NCBI GenBank assembly: GCA_965644295.1
Contig: CBFFRP010000630.1
Span: 1 to 6,379, forward strand
DNA from: Paraphysomonas bandaiensis
Taxonomy: Eukaryota; Protista; Chrysophyceae
Reading direction: 5' to 3'
DNA length: 6,379 bases
Within the stretch, counting starts at the first letter, position 1; each line of letters begins with the position of its first letter. The notes under the pieces were generated by a model that saw nothing but the letters and a program-made list of their open reading frames with translations, was not told where the DNA came from and ran no database searches. Both the position numbers and the translations under genes were made by a program. Below, in pieces: positions 1-6,379 of the stretch.

Positions 1-71
1 GAAATAATATTTTGGGTAAATTATTTCCTATATATACACCTCTGTATCAGTATCGTACCCGAGAAGTTATC

Positions 72-93
72 TCGGTGTAAGATCGGTGTAAGA
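72..93 (+). repeat. 11-bp tandem duplication (TCGGTGTAAGA x2), also at 2013-2034
   Basis: Seen directly: tcggtgtaaga tcggtgtaaga. Confidence 0.85.
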
Positions 94-436
94 TGGCTTG
101 GACGAACAAATGTTATCATTACCTTGGAAGCTAACTGAACTCATATTGGCGGTGAAGACATCTGAAGTGCACAATGCTTCTGCTTCTTAGCAGGTGATTG
201 GGAGCTAGTTTACACTTTGGTTCAGATTTCTCGTGGTATGTATATTAGTAGGTTCTAAGTAGTAATTGCCGTTAATTTTTACTTCGTAAGATGTTAATGC
301 GAATACCATCTTATTTTAATTGAATACATGCTTTGTCTTTTCATAATTGATACAGATCTGCAATATTGCTGGTTTTTATATTATTTCCTACTTTGCAATA
401 TATATATTATACTGTGTTTATTGTTGTTAATTATAG

Positions 437-584
437 TACCTCTAGGTCGTATTGGTATTATATTTTTAGGTAGTACCTATAGGTAGTATTGATACATGTA
501 GGCAGTGCCTGTAGGTACATTTTAATATAAATAGGGATACTTATCAGTAGGAAATGTAGAGGTTATAGATACCACCTATAGGGA
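437..584. repeat. Cluster of degenerate palindromic 12-mers (consensus TACCTRTAGGTA)
   Basis: TACCTCTAGGTC 437, TATTTTTAGGTA 461, TACCTATAGGTA 474, TACATGTAGGCA 493, TGCCTGTAGGTA 506, CACCTATAGGGA 573. Confidence 0.7.
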
Positions 585-832
585 GGCGATTAGGCACGTG
601 TATTAGTGCAATATCATATGTCGATATTGGCATCATTTAATCCAACCATAAGTCCAACGCTCCTGACATACTCCTCATTGGGGTAACCAGCCATTAGTGG
701 ATCATTTTCTTCCAACAGCATTCTTAGTACTGCAATAGCTGCACTTAACTTAGAACGTCTTTCTTAGGCGCTTCTTCCATAATATTCTATGCAGGTAGCA
801 CTAATATTCTATTTAAGATAGATGGTAAATAT

Positions 833-1490
833 CAAGATACAAAGCACCCTATATCTAGGTGACAATGATTGACATGTTTCAATACACCGTCCTTATTTAC
901 ATCAATACGTATAGGGCACAGTGAGAAAGTAATATATCTTACATTCATATTAGTATATACATACTCAATTGACAATTGAAGTTATTCTTGCGTGGGTCTC
1001 TCCATTATCGAACTCTGAAGTGTCATTTTCGTCATATGCTCTGTATCATAGAATCAAAATTTCTAAATTAAATATTTTCACAACATAATTCAAGAACGTT
1101 ATCCTAAGACTCCTCTGGTGTTACAGGACAATCGAGTTCATACGGCTCCGCAGAGTATGCTGCACGTCAACAATGATTGACATGCTCCAACACAGTATCT
1201 TTATATACATCAATACGCACAGGACACTATGAGAAAGTATCTATAAATGATACAATCATAGTAGTATTTACCTTCAAATCAGAGAGGAGAATGACACTCA
1301 AGTGGAGTTATTCTTATGTGAGTCTCTCTGATGATCAGCTCTGCAGTATGCGTATATTCATATTCTCTGTTTCGAACCACTAAATTGAATATATTACAAT
1401 ATCATCCGATCGTATTACCTGAGAGCCCTCTGGTGTTATGGTCATGGAATCAACTCTGCTATCTCTGTCTTTGAAATAGACCAACTCTCC
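833..1490 (-). pseudogene. Tandem-duplicated copy of decayed paralogous units B and A
   Basis: Identical to 2774-3431. acaatgattgacatg occurs at 862 and 1170, and ctctggtgtta at 1113 and 1428. Confidence 0.55.
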
Positions 1491-2377
1491 TGTATGATTG
1501 CCACTTAACCATACCTTTCACCAGCTAAATCAACAACCAGCAGCATGTGGCATGAAAGAACTATGAGCTCATGAGAAATTATGACCCAACCTGCAGATTA
1601 AAACAAAGGACGATTGATGGAGTCGTTAATGGACTGACATGACTTCACTGTACCGCAAGATTCATGCTGTTCAAGACCAGTATGATGACTTTTATCCGCT
1701 TGAGACAACTGAGTCATGTGTGTGGTTATTACCCTCAGAAGAGACAGTGAAGTGGAAGAGGGCCCTTACAAGAGGATAAAATACTGCTTGAATCGTTATT
1801 TTGCAGAATGTATGCTCAGTGTGCATCATGTGAAGTTCTCCCGATAATTCAAGGATTCAAGTAATGTGACCGTTAGCATCTTCAATATCCATCAATGGGG
1901 GGCAGCGTTCATGTTAGTATTATTAATGCATGCAATTAATAGAAATAATATTTTGGGTAAATTATTTCCTATATATACACCTCTGTATCAGTATCGTACC
2001 CGAGAAGTTATCTCGGTGTAAGATCGGTGTAAGATGGCTTGGACGAACAAATGTTATCATTACCTTGGAAGCTAACTGAACTCATATTGGCGGTGAAGAC
2101 ATCTGAAGTGCACAATGCTTCTGCTTCTTAGCAGGTGATTGGGAGCTAGTTTACACTTTGGTTCAGATTTCTCGTGGTATGTATATTAGTAGGTTCTAAG
2201 TAGTAATTGCCGTTAATTTTTACTTCGTAAGATGTTAATGCGAATACCATCTTATTTTAATTGAATACATGCTTTGTCTTTTCATAATTGATACAGATCT
2301 GCAATATTGCTGGTTTTTATATTATTTCCTACTTTGCAATATATATATTATACTGTGTTTATTGTTGTTAATTATAG

Positions 2378-2525
2378 TACCTCTAGGTCGTATTGGTATT
2401 ATATTTTTAGGTAGTACCTATAGGTAGTATTGATACATGTAGGCAGTGCCTGTAGGTACATTTTAATATAAATAGGGATACTTATCAGTAGGAAATGTAG
2501 AGGTTATAGATACCACCTATAGGGA
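2378..2525. repeat. TACCTRTAGGTA cluster, copy 2
   Basis: Same sequence as 437-584, offset by 1941. Confidence 0.7.
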
Positions 2526-2773
2526 GGCGATTAGGCACGTGTATTAGTGCAATATCATATGTCGATATTGGCATCATTTAATCCAACCATAAGTCCAACG
2601 CTCCTGACATACTCCTCATTGGGGTAACCAGCCATTAGTGGATCATTTTCTTCCAACAGCATTCTTAGTACTGCAATAGCTGCACTTAACTTAGAACGTC
2701 TTTCTTAGGCGCTTCTTCCATAATATTCTATGCAGGTAGCACTAATATTCTATTTAAGATAGATGGTAAATAT

Positions 2774-3431
2774 CAAGATACAAAGCACCCTATATCTAGG
2801 TGACAATGATTGACATGTTTCAATACACCGTCCTTATTTACATCAATACGTATAGGGCACAGTGAGAAAGTAATATATCTTACATTCATATTAGTATATA
2901 CATACTCAATTGACAATTGAAGTTATTCTTGCGTGGGTCTCTCCATTATCGAACTCTGAAGTGTCATTTTCGTCATATGCTCTGTATCATAGAATCAAAA
3001 TTTCTAAATTAAATATTTTCACAACATAATTCAAGAACGTTATCCTAAGACTCCTCTGGTGTTACAGGACAATCGAGTTCATACGGCTCCGCAGAGTATG
3101 CTGCACGTCAACAATGATTGACATGCTCCAACACAGTATCTTTATATACATCAATACGCACAGGACACTATGAGAAAGTATCTATAAATGATACAATCAT
3201 AGTAGTATTTACCTTCAAATCAGAGAGGAGAATGACACTCAAGTGGAGTTATTCTTATGTGAGTCTCTCTGATGATCAGCTCTGCAGTATGCGTATATTC
3301 ATATTCTCTGTTTCGAACCACTAAATTGAATATATTACAATATCATCCGATCGTATTACCTGAGAGCCCTCTGGTGTTATGGTCATGGAATCAACTCTGC
3401 TATCTCTGTCTTTGAAATAGACCAACTCTCC
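2774..3431 (-). pseudogene. Left-arm copy of decayed paralogous units B and A
   Basis: Reverse complement of ~4295-4949. acaatgattgacatg recurs at 2803 and 3111 (offset 308). Confidence 0.55.
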
Positions 3432-3682
3432 TGTATGATTGCCACTTAACCATACCTTTCACCAGCTAAATCAACAACCAGCAGCATGTGGCATGAAAGA
3501 ACTATGAGCTCATGTATTCCCAGTGAGGTTATGATCATATCACAGCCTGTGTTCCTCTTATTACTGTAAAAGTATCGCATCGTATCCTGTATGTGAAGCT
3601 AACAGACATCTGCCTGTCTCTGGATTCTGTGGACAATATGCCGATTATTATCTTGAAAATGTGTAGTTTTGTGACATATTTT

Positions 3683-4044
3683 AGTGAAAAACCAGGGGAT
3701 TTTTTAGTTTAGGTTGTGTAATTCATTTTACATAGTTCTTCTAGTTTCGCTAAACCCAAAAACTCACACACACTACAATAGAGAATAATTTTTTCTCGTG
3801 TAAATTATTTTACACAACTCCCAAAAATCCAGCCTTTAGTTTTACATAGATCGGGGGGTTTTTAAAAACCCCCCGATCTATGTAAAACTAAAGGCTGGAT
3901 TTTTGGGAGTTGTGTAAAATAATTTACACGAGAAAAAATTATTCTCTATTGTAGTGTGTGTGAGTTTTTGGGTTTAGCGAAACTAGAAGAACTATGTAAA
4001 ATGAATTACACAACCTAAACTAAAAAATCCCCTGGTTTTTCACT
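3683..4044. repeat. Perfect 362-bp spacer-less palindrome (181-bp arms); candidate terminus junction or resolution site
   Basis: Position x pairs with 7727-x without mismatch from the centre (G6T5|A5C6) out to 3683/4044. The first mismatch is at 3682/4045. Confidence 0.95.
3716..4011. promoter_or_regulatory. Array of dyad motifs GTGTAA-N6-TTACAY; putative protein-binding sites
   Basis: GTGTAAttcattTTACAT at 3716-3733 and GTGTAAattattTTACAC at 3798-3815, mirrored at 3912-3929 and 3994-4011. Half-sites TTTTACATAG at 3840-3849 and CTATGTAAAA at 3878-3887. The function is inferred. Confidence 0.5.
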
Positions 4045-4289
4045 CAAAAATGTCACAAAACTACACATTTTCAAGATAATAATCGGCATATTGTCCACAG
4101 AATCCAGAGACAGGTGTCTGTTAGCTTCACATACAGGATACGATGCGATACTTTTATAGTAATAAGAGGAACGCAGGCTGTGATATGATCATAACCTCAC
4201 TGGGAATACATGAGCTCATAGTTCTTTCATGCCACATGCTGCTGGTTGTTGATTTAGCTGGTGAAAGGTATGGTTAAGTGGCAATCATA

Positions 4290-4614
4290 CTGGAGAGTTG
4301 GTCTATTTCAAAGACAGAGATAGCAGAGTTGATTCCATGACCATAACACCAGAGGGCTCTCAGGTAATACGATCGGATGATATTGTAAATATATTCAATT
4401 TAGTGGTTCGAAACAGAGCATATGAATATACTCATACTGCAGAGCTGATCATCAGAGACTCACATAAGAATAACTCCACTTGAGTGTCATTCTCCTCTCT
4501 GATTTGAAGGTAAATACTACTATGATTGTATCATTTATAGATACTTTCTCATAGTGTCCTGTGCGTATTGATGTATATAAAGATACTGTGTTGGAGCATG
4601 TCAATCATTGTTGA
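4290..4614 (+). pseudogene. Decayed coding unit B (unknown ~100-aa domain), including ORF 4298-4483
   Basis: Fragments ITPEGSQVIRSDDIVNIFNL..RAYEYTHTAE and, in another frame, TFS*CPVRIDVYKDTVLEHVNHC* (4543-4614). Aligns at peptide level with unit A ~310 bp downstream. Contains stops and frameshifts. Confidence 0.6.
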
Positions 4615-4639
4615 CGTGCAGCATACTCTGCGGAGCCGT

Positions 4640-4949
4640 ATGAACTCGATTGTCATGTAACACCAGAGGAGTCTTAGGGTAACGTCCTTGAATTATGTTG
4701 TGAAAATATTTAATTTAGAAATTTTGATTCTATGATACAGAGCATATGACGAAAATGGCACTTCAGAGTTCGATTGTGGAGAGACCCACGCAAGAATAAC
4801 TTCAATTGTCAATTGAGTATGTATATACTAATATGAATGTAAGATATATTACTTTCTCACTGTGCCCTATACGTATTGATGTAAATAAGGACGGTGTATT
4901 GAAACATGTCAATCATTGTCACCTAGATATAGGGTGCTTTGTATCTTGA
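4640..4949 (+). pseudogene. Decayed coding unit A, a paralog of unit B
   Basis: Fragments VTPEES*, VVKIFNL, RAYDENGTSEFDCGETHARIT and TFSLCPIRIDVNKDGVLKHVNHCHLDIGCFVS* (4851-4949). Several differences from unit B are synonymous third-position changes (tgt/tgc, aaa/aag, gat/gac, gtg/gta). Confidence 0.6.
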
Positions 4950-5375
4950 TATTTACCATCTATCATAAATAGAATATTAGTGCTACCTGTAACACTCTGC
5001 AGAGGATGAATACGCCAGCCTATTAGTAGAATATTATGTTGACATTACCATGATACCTGGTAATCGTAGGTAGTATATATTGATTATTCATAATAAGATG
5101 CAATTTCTTCACTCTGGAAGTTGCTTGTAAATAGTATTGTAATTGTAGACTTATCCATAGTTGTTGATTTATTGCTATTATGGAAGAAGCGCCTAAGAAA
5201 GACGTTCTAAGTTAAGTGCAGCTATTGCAGTACTAAGAATGCTGTTGAAAGAAAATGATCCACTAATGGCTGGTTACCCCAATGAGGAGTATGTCAGGAG
5301 CGTTGGACTTATGGTTAGATTAAATGATGCCAATATCGACATATGATATTGCACTAATACACGTGCCTAATCGCC

Positions 5376-5523
5376 TCCCTATAGGTGGTATCTATAACCT
5401 CTACATTTCCTACTGATAAGTATCCCTATTTATATTAAAATGTACCTACAGGCACTGCCTATATGTATCAATACTACCTATAGGTACTACCTAAAAATAT
5501 AATACCAATACGACCTAGAGGTA
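5376..5523. repeat. TACCTRTAGGTA cluster, right-arm inverted copy
   Basis: Reverse complement of 2378-2525. Confidence 0.7.
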
Positions 5524-6379
5524 CTATAATTAACAACAATAAACACAGTATAATATATATATTGCAAAGTAGGAAATAATATAAAAACCAGCAATATTGA
5601 AGATCTGTATCAATTATGAAAAGACAAAGCATGTATTCAATTAAAATAAGACGGTATTCGCATTAACATCTTACGAAGTAAAAATTAACGGCAATTACTA
5701 CTTAGAACCTACTAATATACATACCACGAGAAATCTGAACCAAAGTGTAAACTAGCTCCCAATCACCTGCTAAGAAGCAGAAGCATTGTGCACTTTAGAT
5801 GTCTTCACCGCCAATCTGAGGTGTATATATAGGAAATAATTTACCCAAAATATTATTTCTATTAATTGCATGCATTAATAATACTAATATGAACGCTGCC
5901 CCCCATTGATGGATATTGAAGATGCTAACGGTCACATTACTTGAATCCTTGAATTATCGGGAGAACTTCACAGGATGTACACTGAGCATACATTCTGCAA
6001 AATAACGGCCCAAGCAGTATTTTATCCTCTTGTAAGGGCCCTCTTCCACTTCACTGTCTCTTCTGATGGCAATAACCACACACATGAAGCAGTTGTCTCA
6101 AGCGGATAAAAGTCATCATACTGGTCTTGAACAGCATGAAGCTTGCGGTACAGTGAAGTCATGTCAGTCCATTAACGACTCCATCAATCGCCCTTTGTTT
6201 TAATCTGCAGGTGGGGTCATAATTTCACCCCACAATAGACTGTCTGTGTGTCTATGTATGGTCATGACCTTCACATCTAACACACTCCTGCCAGTATACC
6301 AGCAACCGTATATACAAAATACATACTCTAATAATACGTAATTTACACAATTTTACATAGTTTCGACCGTTTAGAAAAA

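Larger units (their letters stand above)
1..1573 (+). repeat. Direct (tandem) repeat, partial copy 1 of a 1941-bp unit, truncated by the window start
   Basis: gaaataatattttgggtaaa starts at both 1 and 1942. The identical 68-aa ORF occurs at 1177 and 3118 (offset 1941). Identity runs to …ctatgagctcatg (1573/3514) and then the sequences diverge. No differences were seen in spot checks. Confidence 0.97.
1574..3514 (+). repeat. Complete 1941-bp tandem unit (copy 2), forming the outer part of the left palindrome arm
   Basis: 1942-3514 matches 1-1573. 1575-1941 is contiguous with 1942 onward, as also seen in the right arm (reverse complement at ~5860-6226). Confidence 0.93.
1575..3863 (+). repeat. 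Left arm of a large inverted repeat (~2.29 kb)
   Basis: Reverse complement of 3864-6226. Homology ends at gaaatt (1575-1580) / aatttc (6221-6226). Confidence 0.97.
3864..6226 (-). repeat. Right arm of a large inverted repeat (~2.36 kb), ~98% identical to the left arm excluding indels
   Basis: Manual alignment to the reverse complement of 1575-3863 gives ~34 substitutions and 1-, 2- and 4-bp indels. The right arm has extra sequence at 4990-5026 and 5039-5182, and lacks the 100 bp found at 1984-2083. Confidence 0.97.

Noticed and set aside
437-584. CRISPR array
   Set aside because: The repeats are only 12 bp, degenerate and irregularly spaced, with no spacer-length regularity.
1177-1383. 68-aa ORF MTCSNTV… (identical copy at 3118-3324)
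   Set aside because: TTG start, no recognisable motif, antisense to the frame showing synonymous conservation, and frameshifted in the right-arm copy. Probably a shadow ORF.
1575-2020. Possible decayed + strand coding region (open stretches of 30-55 codons)
   Set aside because: No recognisable motif or internal paralog supports any frame.
3716-3815. NtcA/CRP-family sites (GTA-N8-TAC)
   Set aside because: The geometry matches, but there is no evidence of a cyanobacterial context or a regulated gene.
3853-3874. piggyBac-type ends (TTAA + CCC)
   Set aside because: Three additional A/T bases separate TTAA from the C/G runs on each side, and no transposase or target-site duplication is visible.
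3851-3876. G6T5A5C6 as an intrinsic terminator
   Set aside because: It is the axis of a multi-kb palindrome, and no gene converges on it.
4298-4483. 61-aa ORF as an intact CDS
   Set aside because: It is a fragment of decayed unit B. The C-terminus comes from a 2-bp deletion, and the frame is broken in the left-arm copies.
4985-5015. Possible third paralogous unit (gtaacac…agagga, actctgcagag)
   Set aside because: The matches are too short, and the similarity does not extend.
1575-6226. Simple fold-back sequencing artefact
   Set aside because: The arms carry reciprocal 100-144 bp indels with microhomology and many substitutions. A chimera or joined ends of two real repeat copies cannot be excluded without reads.

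Overview
AT-rich (~35% GC by eye), gene-poor window made almost entirely of repeats. (1) A ~4.65-kb inverted repeat with no spacer: left arm 1575-3863, right arm 3864-6226, symmetry axis between 3863 and 3864 (…GATCGGGGGGTTTTT|AAAAACCCCCCGATC…). The inner 362 bp (3683-4044) is a perfect palindrome carrying repeated GTGTAA-N6-TTACAY dyads. The outer arms differ by about 34 substitutions (counted by eye) and several indels, so this is not a simple fold-back read. (2) A 1941-bp-period direct duplication: 1-1573 appears identical to 1942-3514, with a novel junction at ~1574. (3) Each arm holds a decayed pair of ~310-bp paralogous coding units, read away from the palindrome centre, and a cluster of palindromic TACCTRTAGGTA-like motifs. 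I recognised no intact gene, RNA gene or CRISPR array. The best interpretation, which is inference only, is two termini of a linear element (virus, plasmid or transposon with long terminal inverted repeats) joined head-to-head, or a hairpin-telomere/concatemer resolution junction. The host or taxon cannot be determined from the sequence.
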